NCBI GenBank assembly: GCA_965263295.1
Contig: OZ253665.1
Span: forward strand, 576,001 to 640,000
Source: Spirochaetia bacterium
Lineage (GTDB): Bacteria; Spirochaetota; Spirochaetia; SP-2023
DNA: 64,000 nt
Direction of reading: 5' to 3'
The notes beneath the pieces are model-generated. The model saw only the letters and a program-made list of their open reading frames with translations. It was not told the origin of the DNA and did not search any database. Positions 38,887-48,090 of this stretch are shown piece by piece; positions within the stretch are counted from its first letter, which is position 1, and each line of letters begins with the position of its first letter. The position numbers were made by a program, and so were the translations under genes.

Positions 38887-40335
38887 ATGATAGCAAAAAG
38901 AATACAGCGGGCGCCTAAGGTAGTTTGTACCATTGGCCCCGCTACCGATAGTGATGAACAAATTCGTGCCCTAATTGAAGCGGGTATGAATATTGTGCGC
39001 TTGAATTTTTCACACGGTGATCACGACTCGCACCGCAAGAAAGTGGAACAGATTCGTCGTCTAGCCAAGGAAATGAATGTCAGCGTTGGCGTGCTGCAGG
39101 ACTTGCAGGGCCCCAAAATTCGTATGAATGCCAGTATCCCGGAGGCGGGAGTGCCCTTGGAAATGGGCAAAGATATTGTCCTGGCAGCCAGCAAGCAAGG
39201 GCTCCCGTTACAAGAGGCCCTGCCCGTGGATTACGATTTCCTTGCTGAAGATGTCAAAGTTGGAGAGAAAATTTTATTTGCCGATGGCAAGATGGCTGCC
39301 CGTGTCAAAGGTATTGATGGCGAGAGGGTCATTTGCGAAGTGACGAAGCCGGGCCTGCTGTTGAAGCGTAAAGGGGTCAATATGCCTGAAAGCTGCCTGC
39401 AAATTCCGGCCATGACCGAGAAGGACCTGGCGGACTTGAAACTCGGTATTGAGTTGGGCGTTGATTTTATTGCGCTGTCATTTGTGCGCAACCCTGAAGA
39501 TGTGCAGCCGATCCTCGATTCTTTTACAGGTCTGAAACAAGCCCCATTGTTGTTGGCGAAAATTGAAAAGCCACAGGCTGTGGAACGTTTTGATGCCATC
39601 TTGGAAAAACTGGACGGTATCATGTTGGCCCGCGGTGACCTGGGGGTCGAGATGCCTCTGGTGGAGCTGCCGCAGATTCAAAAGAGACTGATCATCAAGA
39701 CCATGGCGGCTGGTAAATTTGTCATCACTGCGACCCAGATGCTATTGTCGATGATGGAATCTTCGTTGCCGACTCGTGCCGAGGTCAGCGATGTGGCCAA
39801 TGCCATGTACGACGGTACCGATGCCGTGATGCTTTCGGATGAGACGGCGGCCGGCAAGTTCCCGCTTGAATCCTGTAGTACCATGGTTAAAATTGCCGAA
39901 TCCACCACGCCAAACTTGAAGCGCCTGATCAAGCCCAGTGCGCAGGACATGCAGGCCAGTAATTCCCGTAATAATTGTGAGATTGCGATTGGCCACTCGG
40001 CGTGTACCCTGGCTGCGGATACCAATGCGAAATATATCGTGGCTTGTACCGGTTCTGGCCGCACGGCTCGTGCCGTTGCGCGTTTCCGTCCGACCTGTCC
40101 GATTATTGGCTTGACACATAATCAGATTACCTACAATCAACTGGCTATGATTTGGGGCGTAATACCAATTATGAATAGCATGGCCAATAGTACCGACCAA
40201 CTTTTTGAACAGGTGCGCCAGGCTTTGCTGCAACAACGGCTAGTTGAAAGCGGCGATCACGTCGTAGTCACCGCGGGCATTCCACTTGGGATTAGTGGCT
40301 ACAGCAACTTGTTGCACGTTCTGACGATTGGATAG
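38887..40335 (+). CDS. pyk: Pyruvate kinase
   Basis: KVVCTIGPA, RLNFSHG, DLQGPKIR, AKIEK, ARGDLGVE, TATQML, PTRAEVSDVANA. Confidence 0.98.
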   Translation: MIAKRIQRAPKVVCTIGPATDSDEQIRALIEAGMNIVRLNFSHGDHDSHRKKVEQIRRLAKEMNVSVGVLQDLQGPKIRMNASIPEAGVPLEMGKDIVLAASKQGLPLQEALPVDYDFLAEDVKVGEKILFADGKMAARVKGIDGERVICEVTKPGLLLKRKGVNMPESCLQIPAMTEKDLADLKLGIELGVDFIALSFVRNPEDVQPILDSFTGLKQAPLLLAKIEKPQAVERFDAILEKLDGIMLARGDLGVEMPLVELPQIQKRLIIKTMAAGKFVITATQMLLSMMESSLPTRAEVSDVANAMYDGTDAVMLSDETAAGKFPLESCSTMVKIAESTTPNLKRLIKPSAQDMQASNSRNNCEIAIGHSACTLAADTNAKYIVACTGSGRTARAVARFRPTCPIIGLTHNQITYNQLAMIWGVIPIMNSMANSTDQLFEQVRQALLQQRLVESGDHVVVTAGIPLGISGYSNLLHVLTIG

Positions 40336-40478
40336 CTAGAACCGGGGATAATTGAAGATAGACAAGGAAAATCGAGAAAAGCGATGGATCAACAAACTTG
40401 ATCTTTCACTTTTTGATATCTTTTTAATACTGAATTATCCTGTGATTATTCGGCGCAATTCATTGTTTAGGGGGCCAT

Positions 40479-41744
40479 ATGCGGCGATCAAAAGAAGCTT
40501 GCAAGATGCTGGGACTGAGTTTTGCTTCCAGCTCTGTCGGGGCGCTACTGGTTTATCTTGCCATGACGTATTTGCCGGCTCATGGACGCGAGAGCGGAGC
40601 TCGTATGCATGAAGCAGTCGCGGACGACACTGTTGCTGATATTGCGCAGCCCGCGCGGGGAGTTCGGGGTGCAAGTACGCGAGATTCGGCGCAATTGGCC
40701 CAGCTGGCAGGCAGTCGCTTGCAGGCGGGCTACATTGACAATGAGGTCAATAATATCGAAGTATACGAAGAGACGAACCAGGCGGTGGTCAACATAACGG
40801 CCAGGAAGGAGACTCAGGTTTTTAGCTGGTTTTTCGAGCCTATCCCGCGCGAGGACGAAGCCTTTGGGTCTGGTTCAATCATCGATGCCGCTGGCTACAT
40901 TCTAACCAACAATCATGTCGTGCAAAATGCTTCCAAAGTGCAGGTCACCTTGTACGATGGTAGCCAGTTCACGGGAGAAATTGCGGGCTCCGATCCAGAA
41001 AATGACCTGGCCATCGTACGTTTCGCACCCAAGGGTCGCCGGCTCAGCACTATTCGTTTTGTCGAGAACGATAAATTGCAGGTCGGCCAAAAGGTCTTTG
41101 CCATCGGCAATCCGTATGGTTTTGAACGCACCTTGACTGTGGGGATTGTTTCTGGTTTGGGCCGTCCAATTCAAAATGAGAATGGCTTGGTTATTCAAGG
41201 TATGATTCAAACTGACGCTTCAATTAATCCGGGCAATTCCGGCGGCCCGTTGCTGAACTCGCGCGGGCAGATGATTGGCGTCAATTCTTCCATCTATTCG
41301 CCCACCGGCAGCTCGGTGGGTCTGGGTTTCGCCGTGCCCGTCAGTACCGTGCGCCGCGTTTTGCCGGACTTAATTAAATATGGTACTGTGCGACGCGGCT
41401 GGATTGATATGAAAGTGATTCCACTGTTTCCACAATTAGTGCGTTACAAGAGACTGCCGGTCGAAAAAGGCCTACTGGTATCTGAGGTTTTAAAGGGCAG
41501 TGAGGCGGATAAAGCGGGCTTGCAGGGCGGACAGCGCAGTCAGGCCGTGCGCAGCGGCAAGGGTGTCATCTACCTGGGCGGCGATATTATAACCCAGATC
41601 GGCGATATAGAGGTGTCCAGCATGGCCGATTTATATTCCGCGCTGGAGCCGACTCATCCCGGCGACAAGCTGCAAATGACGGTCTACCGCGATGGCAAGA
41701 AACGAGAATTTGAAATCAGGCTCAGCGAGCGTAAGAGGAATTGA
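40479..41744 (+). CDS. htrA: HtrA/DegS-type serine protease (trypsin plus PDZ)
   Basis: N-terminal TM segment, GSGSII, TNNHVV, DLAIV, QTDASINPGNSGGPL and one PDZ domain. Confidence 0.95.
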   Translation: MRRSKEACKMLGLSFASSSVGALLVYLAMTYLPAHGRESGARMHEAVADDTVADIAQPARGVRGASTRDSAQLAQLAGSRLQAGYIDNEVNNIEVYEETNQAVVNITARKETQVFSWFFEPIPREDEAFGSGSIIDAAGYILTNNHVVQNASKVQVTLYDGSQFTGEIAGSDPENDLAIVRFAPKGRRLSTIRFVENDKLQVGQKVFAIGNPYGFERTLTVGIVSGLGRPIQNENGLVIQGMIQTDASINPGNSGGPLLNSRGQMIGVNSSIYSPTGSSVGLGFAVPVSTVRRVLPDLIKYGTVRRGWIDMKVIPLFPQLVRYKRLPVEKGLLVSEVLKGSEADKAGLQGGQRSQAVRSGKGVIYLGGDIITQIGDIEVSSMADLYSALEPTHPGDKLQMTVYRDGKKREFEIRLSERKRN

Positions 41745-41748
41745 TTTT

Positions 41749-41786
41749 CGTAAATTCCCGTAAATTCTCGTGCACAGAGTGGAATT
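41749..41786. repeat. Short intergenic relative of the palindromic insert found in the M16 peptidase
   Basis: CGTAAATTCC CGTAAATTCT ... AGTGGAATT; the same words occur in the same order at 7955-8000. Confidence 0.5.
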
Positions 41787-42106
41787 GGTTATTCTGAAAG
41801 GCATTCAGAGTAAGAATTTTATCTCCGATATGGCTCGGCAGTGCTCGTCTTGTCTGTTGCTACTGCAGCTCGTGTCGTGCTGCGAGTTGCGGATGCTTTC
41901 GTGTGGCGGCAATTTCTTCTTTTTCTCCGTCCCATCCTGAGTTGCGGGTCTTGGCCCGTTTGTGGTTTCACTTGTTGAGCCGGAGGGTGGAAAATCATGG
42001 CAAGACCTTTTGCGCTTAAAAGCATCCCAAAACACATCCATACACATCCATTGGAAAATTTTTACAGTTCTCATTGTTTTTTGTTTGTGTTTTTATGGCG
42101 AATATG

Positions 42107-42133
42107 TTAAGTTTTTAATCTGTCGACCGAATA
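42107..42133 (+). promoter_or_regulatory. Putative sigma28 (FliA)-type promoter
   Basis: TTAAGTTT-N11-ACCGAATA against the consensus TAAAGTTT-N11-GCCGATAA, about 95 nt upstream of ATG 42228. Confidence 0.45.
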
Positions 42134-42227
42134 ATGAGCATTTTTTATTTGCCCGTTGTTTTAGGCCGGCGGCCGACAGCATACTCAAGTGTACGTCTGT
42201 CTATTCTCTCAAATAGATGAGTATATC

Positions 42228-45200
42228 ATGGAAGAGCAATCAGATAGTGTTTCTGAGGCGCAAGACAAAGAGCTTGCAGATCAGTTCATTCGAGCACAAA
42301 TTCCGGCGTTAAGGGGAGCTGCCGGCCCGGGCCCGGAGCGGCGGTCGGGGGGCAGCAAGGCGCACAAAACCAACCCCTCTCAATTATCTGTCCGGCTGCC
42401 TCAATTGATGGAGGCCACGAGCGACAAGCCTAGTGCTGTAATTGAACATTTGCGCACGCATTACGCCAACTACCTGGTTCTCGGCAGCTCCATGAAGTCT
42501 GCGCCCGTGCCGCTGGCAGCGGGTGCGCCGGCAGCTCTGCACAGCGGGGTTGCCGTGCTGTTTCAAGAACTGTTGCACAACAGCATCGACGAGTACTTGC
42601 AGGGGCACGGAAAAGTCATTGATGTATTGTGCAGCACTGAAACCATTACCATTCGCGACTACGGCCGGGGCATCCCGCACCCCCGGCTGCGGGCTGAAAT
42701 TCAGGAACTAGGCCAAAATCAAAAATTTAACAGCCCGGACTTGCGGTACTGTGAGGGGCTCAGCGGCTTGGGATTGAAGCTGGTCAATGCCTTGAGCAGT
42801 CGGTTTTTATTGCGTTCTTACCGCGTCAATCGCTTTGCCGAAATTGAAACGGCGCAGGGTAGAATTCTGCGTGATCGCCGTGGGCGCTGTAACAAGGAAG
42901 ATGGCACTTTTATCCGTTTTACGCCGGATCCAGGGATTTTCGCCGCGCAGTCAGTTAGTGTCGCAAAGTTATTTGATGTGCTGTGTAAAGTTTCAGCCTT
43001 GTTCCCTGGCTTGGAGATTCGCTTGAATCAAACTCATGTCATCAAGCAAAAAGGGGTGGGAGATCTATTTCAGTCGCTGCCGCAATGGCGCAAGCTGAAT
43101 TATTTATATGGCGCCCGCAGCCTGTCTGGGCGGGCTTGGCAGCTGGGTTTTGCCCATTTGTCTGAGTGGCAGAACAACGATGGCGGCTTGCACAATGAGC
43201 GTCTGGTGCAGAGTTTTGTCAATGGCCATGCCTGTGCCGGCGGTATATCGGGTGGGCTGCATGTCAGACAATTGCAGGGTGCATTTCTCGGAGCTCTGCG
43301 CGAAGTATTTCCAGACAGGGTTGCGCAGGTTAATGCTTTCTGGGACAAGGGGATCACTTTATTCTGGAGCTTGAGCCTGGTGGAACCAAGCTTCCAGGAC
43401 TTGGGTAAAACGCAGTTGACTGGCGCGGAGAGCGAAGTTTCGAGCATTGCCTTGGAGTGTCGCCAGCAGCTGTGTGAGCTTTTTGAGCGGGACGGCGAGC
43501 TAAAGACACAGCTGGAAAAATTGCTTGGCGATTGTGAAGCCGCCGAGGAACGCGACGAATACAACCTTTGGCAATCTCGCCTCTCTGGTGAACTGTTGCA
43601 AACAGAAGAGCGCACTCGCCAGCTGGAGCAGACACTAGAGAACTCGGAGCACAAATACAATGTCTTGAATGACGATTTGCATACGGCCCGCGAAGAGAGC
43701 GAAGAGATGCAGAAACATTGGAAAGATGTTTCCAGCCAGCTCGTCATGGATATGGAACAGGCTGAAAATGACCTGAATGAGTTCAAAAAGCTGCAGCGTG
43801 CCGAGCAACGCCGTTACCGCAAGGAACAGGAAAAGCGCCTGCAGAACCTGGAAGAGGAACAGCAGCTCTATCAGAAACTCAAGGATGGCGTGCGAGAGCA
43901 AACTAAGGAATTGTTAAATAAAGAATCTCAGCGTCAGCAATTAATTGATAGTGGTCTAAATAACTGGAACAGTTTGCAAAAATCTCTGGAAGAGGCCAGT
44001 ACTTTACAAAAGCAACGTGATTTGGAGCAGGAGCAAATTCTGGATTATCTGCGCGGTGCCAAGGCTTCGACGGAGACCGAAGTCGGGATTGTGCAGCAGA
44101 ATATCAAGCTAGCCGAACAAAAGATGTTGCAACGGCAGGAAGCCTACTTAAAAAACTTGCAGGACAATGCCCGCGAAGAATTTGATACGATTCATGATGA
44201 GATTGACAGCCACAAACAGGAATTGCGCAAAGTTCTGACGGAAGAGCAACGCAAGGCGGATGAGAAGCTTGAAGTTTTGCACAAGCGCCTGGACAAGAAA
44301 ATGCAGCTTGAAGATCGGCGTTGGCAGGAGCAGCTGGAGCAGGCGGGAAAAAGTTCGGCACAAGAGTGGCAACAAAGTTTAAATCGCCGTCGTGACGCGT
44401 TGGAACGTCTGGATCAGAATTGGCGTGAGCAGGAAGCTGTGCTGGAGGAACAACGTCAGAAGCAGCGGAGCTTTATCGAGCGTTGGCGCGAACGCTTGGT
44501 CGACGGGCGCCGTGAAGTGCAGGCCCATCAGGATGCGCAACGCGAACTGGTTCGCAATCGTAAAGAATTGCAGGAGTTTTTTGAGGGGCAGAAAAGAGAG
44601 CGCGACGATCAGGCTAGAAAATGGCAAGACTGGCTGGAGCAGAACCGCAAGGAACTGGCTGAGAACCAAGAGTTGACGAATAAACAGCTTGCCAGTCAGT
44701 ACGAGGCCCAGAAAGAGCAACAGGAGGACTGGGATCGGCGTATAAATGAGCAGGGAAAGGAGATGGAAACGCTGCGCAGTAGGCAGCTGGAGGCACTAGA
44801 ATCCCTGGGTACGCGTCTGGAGCGTGAGGTGGAACAAGAGGTTCAACGTCGCTTGAAGGATTGGCTGAAGAATATGGAGCGGCTTGGCCGCGAAGGTGAA
44901 GAGCATTTCATCGTCGAACAGAAATTACTGCAGACGAAGCAGCAGACTCTAGAAAATGAATTGGCTTTGGTGCAACAGGAAAAAGATAAGCTGTGGCAAG
45001 GCTGGACTCAAGAGCTGGAAGGAGCCAAGGGGGAAATGGCTCGCCAACTGGAAGAGAAGCAGACAGACTGGCGACAGAAGCAGGAGGCGCTGCAGAGCGA
45101 CCTGGAACAGGTGCAGAGTGAAAAAGAAAAATTGTGGTCGCAGTGGCAGAGGGACTTTGGCAATGCCAAGGAGGAAATGACTTGCCAGTTGGCTAGACGC

Positions 45201-47105
45201 AAAGAAGAATGGGAACGGCGCCAGGAGACCTTGTTGCAAGAATTTGAAAGACACCTGGAAAGTCTCAAGCAGAAGCAGTATGCCCAGCAGCACCGCATTG
45301 AAGAGACCCAGACAGAGCAGATGAAGACACTAAAACAGTTGCAACAATGTCAACGTGATGCAGATGAGCGCATGGGTAACCTGAATAAGGATCTGCTCAG
45401 TTATACCGCAGAACTTCGCAAGGAAATTGAAACTTCAATGGCTGAATTGCGCAACAATACCGATCACCAGTTTGCCCAGGTTGAGCAGTGTGCTCAGGAT
45501 CAGGCTCTCCTCTATCAGCAAGGCCTGCTGGAGAGGGAACAGGAAAGTCGGGAATTGCTGGATAAGTATCGGGAGAATTTTGATCAAAAACTGGAACAAC
45601 GATACCAGGATATGAGTCAGTGGAGTGAAAGCTTCGTCCAGCGCTTTGATGAACAGAAGCAGGCTTTGCGCGAAAGCCTGGAGGAGTTTGGCAAGGGCCT
45701 GAAAGAAGAACAGGAAGCCAATTTAATACAGGAGCTGGAGTCTCGCAATGATAAATTTCGGGCGGAACAGAGTGGCAGGGAAAAGCAGGCCGCCCAGGAA
45801 GCCCAACGCAAACGCAATCAGTTCTGGCGTGAACAGCAGCTTGACGCTCAGCAAGAGGCCCAACAGCAACGTCAGGAATTTCAGGATTTACATAAGCAAC
45901 TGCACAATACAATGGAGCGCGAGCGCGAGCGCGTGCAAAAGGAATTGGACTATTTGCAACAGTTGGCACAACAGCAGGAAGAAAGTCTGGAAAGCCTGAG
46001 TCAAAGCTTGGCGCGCGATGTTGAACAGCGATCTGAACATTTGAAGAAAGACATGGAGGAGAACTACCGGCAGTTTCACGAAGAAATACTGGGTAACACC
46101 CGCGAGCTCCATCAGATGAATTCTGAAGAGCGTAAGACTTTGCGTGACGATCTGGCCAAGATGCAGAGCGATGTAAAAGAACTGAATGCCAATATTGGCT
46201 TGTCGGAACAGGCCTTGCAGACTGTACAAAAGGCTTTGCCTGACAGCCTGAAACTCCAAGAGAGCCTAGATAAATTAGCGGGAAAAGAGAAATTGCTGCA
46301 TGAAGTTGAGCGAGAGATCACGCAGTTGCAAAGTACCTTGAATGAAAACAGTCAAATTGGCCAGAAGACTTCTGAACAATTGGCGGCTCTGTTGGCCCGT
46401 CGCAACGAACTGAGTGATATTGAGCAGCAGATGGGGCAGATACTCAACCTTTCTGGCGACCTGTATCAACAGCGTGAAAGTCTGGACCAGCAGCAAAAGC
46501 GTGTCGCCGGCTATCAAAATCAGCTAGACAAGCTAGAGCACCTGTACAAAGAAAGCAGTGACTTGCTGGAGCTTTTTGACGAGCGCAAAAATCAAATGCT
46601 TGAGGCAGCTTCATTGCTAAACGGTTACAGTGAAGATCTGGGTAAAATGGATGAGAAAATCCAGGTCCTACAGGAGCAACTGCAGCCGTTGGAACTGAGT
46701 TTTGGCAAAGCCCAGGACTTGCAGCAGGAGCTTGTAGGACAACAACAACAGTTACAGAGTACCCAAGAAGAGCTAGAGCACATGCAGCAGGCCTTGGGCG
46801 AACTGCATGAGGATAGCCAAGGCATAGACAAGATGCGCGACTGGATTGCGAAGACGGAAACACGAATGCTTGAATTGTCGCAGGATATTCAGGAAAACTT
46901 GCGTACCGTAGAGACCATAGTCCGCAAGAATCGTCCCGGCGAGCGAAATTCGCACAGCGGGTTAGGCAAGGTCGATAATGATGTGCGCAATACAGTCGTT
47001 CAGTTGTACAATAAAAACTGGATTAGCAGTGAGATAGCCCGTGCTACACAGCTGAGTGTGGGCGAGGTTGAACTGATCTTGGAAATGCTGCCTTCAGCTT
47101 CCTAG
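42228..47105 (+). CDS. ParE/GyrB-type GHKL ATPase-transducer fused to a very long coiled coil with a C-terminal DUF2802/SwrB-like helical motif
   Basis: ELLHNSIDE, IRDYGRGIP, GLSGLGLKLVNALS, GTFIRFTPD, SFVNG...GGLH, then ~1150 aa of E/Q/K/L heptads, ending SEIARATQLSVGEVELILEM. No TOPRIM domain. Confidence 0.85.
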   Translation: MEEQSDSVSEAQDKELADQFIRAQIPALRGAAGPGPERRSGGSKAHKTNPSQLSVRLPQLMEATSDKPSAVIEHLRTHYANYLVLGSSMKSAPVPLAAGAPAALHSGVAVLFQELLHNSIDEYLQGHGKVIDVLCSTETITIRDYGRGIPHPRLRAEIQELGQNQKFNSPDLRYCEGLSGLGLKLVNALSSRFLLRSYRVNRFAEIETAQGRILRDRRGRCNKEDGTFIRFTPDPGIFAAQSVSVAKLFDVLCKVSALFPGLEIRLNQTHVIKQKGVGDLFQSLPQWRKLNYLYGARSLSGRAWQLGFAHLSEWQNNDGGLHNERLVQSFVNGHACAGGISGGLHVRQLQGAFLGALREVFPDRVAQVNAFWDKGITLFWSLSLVEPSFQDLGKTQLTGAESEVSSIALECRQQLCELFERDGELKTQLEKLLGDCEAAEERDEYNLWQSRLSGELLQTEERTRQLEQTLENSEHKYNVLNDDLHTAREESEEMQKHWKDVSSQLVMDMEQAENDLNEFKKLQRAEQRRYRKEQEKRLQNLEEEQQLYQKLKDGVREQTKELLNKESQRQQLIDSGLNNWNSLQKSLEEASTLQKQRDLEQEQILDYLRGAKASTETEVGIVQQNIKLAEQKMLQRQEAYLKNLQDNAREEFDTIHDEIDSHKQELRKVLTEEQRKADEKLEVLHKRLDKKMQLEDRRWQEQLEQAGKSSAQEWQQSLNRRRDALERLDQNWREQEAVLEEQRQKQRSFIERWRERLVDGRREVQAHQDAQRELVRNRKELQEFFEGQKRERDDQARKWQDWLEQNRKELAENQELTNKQLASQYEAQKEQQEDWDRRINEQGKEMETLRSRQLEALESLGTRLEREVEQEVQRRLKDWLKNMERLGREGEEHFIVEQKLLQTKQQTLENELALVQQEKDKLWQGWTQELEGAKGEMARQLEEKQTDWRQKQEALQSDLEQVQSEKEKLWSQWQRDFGNAKEEMTCQLARRKEEWERRQETLLQEFERHLESLKQKQYAQQHRIEETQTEQMKTLKQLQQCQRDADERMGNLNKDLLSYTAELRKEIETSMAELRNNTDHQFAQVEQCAQDQALLYQQGLLEREQESRELLDKYRENFDQKLEQRYQDMSQWSESFVQRFDEQKQALRESLEEFGKGLKEEQEANLIQELESRNDKFRAEQSGREKQAAQEAQRKRNQFWREQQLDAQQEAQQQRQEFQDLHKQLHNTMERERERVQKELDYLQQLAQQQEESLESLSQSLARDVEQRSEHLKKDMEENYRQFHEEILGNTRELHQMNSEERKTLRDDLAKMQSDVKELNANIGLSEQALQTVQKALPDSLKLQESLDKLAGKEKLLHEVEREITQLQSTLNENSQIGQKTSEQLAALLARRNELSDIEQQMGQILNLSGDLYQQRESLDQQQKRVAGYQNQLDKLEHLYKESSDLLELFDERKNQMLEAASLLNGYSEDLGKMDEKIQVLQEQLQPLELSFGKAQDLQQELVGQQQQLQSTQEELEHMQQALGELHEDSQGIDKMRDWIAKTETRMLELSQDIQENLRTVETIVRKNRPGERNSHSGLGKVDNDVRNTVVQLYNKNWISSEIARATQLSVGEVELILEMLPSAS

Positions 47106-48090
47106 GTGAGTGCGGTATGATTTCAGGGCTCCACAGTTCTTTACGTGAAATACGGAATTGTAGGGTCAGGCCGAAGCTGAAACCGGTTGTATCTTCGTCT
47201 ATGGTACCTAATTTATCTAGAGAGAGGCCAAAAGGCATGGCTTCAAAGTAGAACCCGGCGGCGACGCGACGATATACGGTGAATTTTAATTTAAGTCCTA
47301 GACCTAGAAACATTGCCGAATAGTTACTATCCGTAATGCCTTGGCTGAAAATAAAAGCATTTGAAAGGTAAAAATCTAACAAAAGAAAGCGGGCCGGTGC
47401 CGATCCGCCAAACACTAGATTATTTTGTATCTGTATCAGGCCAGGGCCGGTGGCGCCTGCGTCAAAAAAGTTAAAACTTCCTGTGATGCCAATGCGCAAC
47501 TGAGAGATCATAAACAAAGCTTTTAAATACAAATACATATTGCGGTAGTCAGTATCGCGAGCATTGTTGATGGTATTGGTCAGAAAGGTCCCTTCAAGTT
47601 GCAGTTCCATCAAACCTTGCAAATTATAATAGACCCTAATGTAAGGGCCAAAACCAAACAGATTAGGTCGGCTTTCACTGGCCAAAGTGTATTCTTGGGC
47701 CGGACCAAAGAGCAAGCCAACGTTTTCATTGCCTATGCCAAACGCAAAATTACTTTGTTGATTGCGCAGGTTATTAAGTAGCAACTGAAAATGAAGCACA
47801 TAATTGTTGTGCAATACAAGCAGGGCCTCAAGGTCGCCCTGAGGCATCATGGCATAACGACTTAAAGCTACTTCTTCGGCAAATACAAAGTAGCCAGGGG
47901 TCTCATTGGTATCTCTAGTGGCAAAGTTACTCATGCCTGTCGAGATATTGAGAAGTAAGAGTGGCTGATATTGAAAAGAATGAGCGGATAGAGATTGGGG
48001 CCATTGGGCCGACAGCAGCAGGCCTAAAGTCAGGCTATAGTGCAGCTGTGGGTGGGGCGACTTGTGGCCACTAATTTTAATAGCTTTCAT
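47044..48090 (-). CDS. Hypothetical exported protein, probable outer-membrane beta-barrel
   Basis: Signal-like N-terminus and many alternating aromatic/hydrophobic strands (FGFGPYIRVYY, FSFGLTLQF); ATGA-coupled to the upstream gene. Confidence 0.65.
   Translation of the reverse strand: MKAIKISGHKSPHPQLHYSLTLGLLLSAQWPQSLSAHSFQYQPLLLLNISTGMSNFATRDTNETPGYFVFAEEVALSRYAMMPQGDLEALLVLHNNYVLHFQLLLNNLRNQQSNFAFGIGNENVGLLFGPAQEYTLASESRPNLFGFGPYIRVYYNLQGLMELQLEGTFLTNTINNARDTDYRNMYLYLKALFMISQLRIGITGSFNFFDAGATGPGLIQIQNNLVFGGSAPARFLLLDFYLSNAFIFSQGITDSNYSAMFLGLGLKLKFTVYRRVAAGFYFEAMPFGLSLDKLGTIDEDTTGFSFGLTLQFRISRKELWSPEIIPHSPRKLKAAFPRSVQPRPHSAV

Noticed and set aside
41805..42074. 89-aa minus-strand ORF between htrA and the GHKL fusion gene
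   Set aside because: No RBS or recognisable motif, and competing short ORFs occupy other frames. I cannot support it as a gene, though it is not excluded.
42228..47105. Calling this gene gyrB/parE or an SMC protein
   Set aside because: It has no TOPRIM (EGxSA, DxDxDG) motifs and no Walker A/B or hinge; an intact parE is at 60297-62441.
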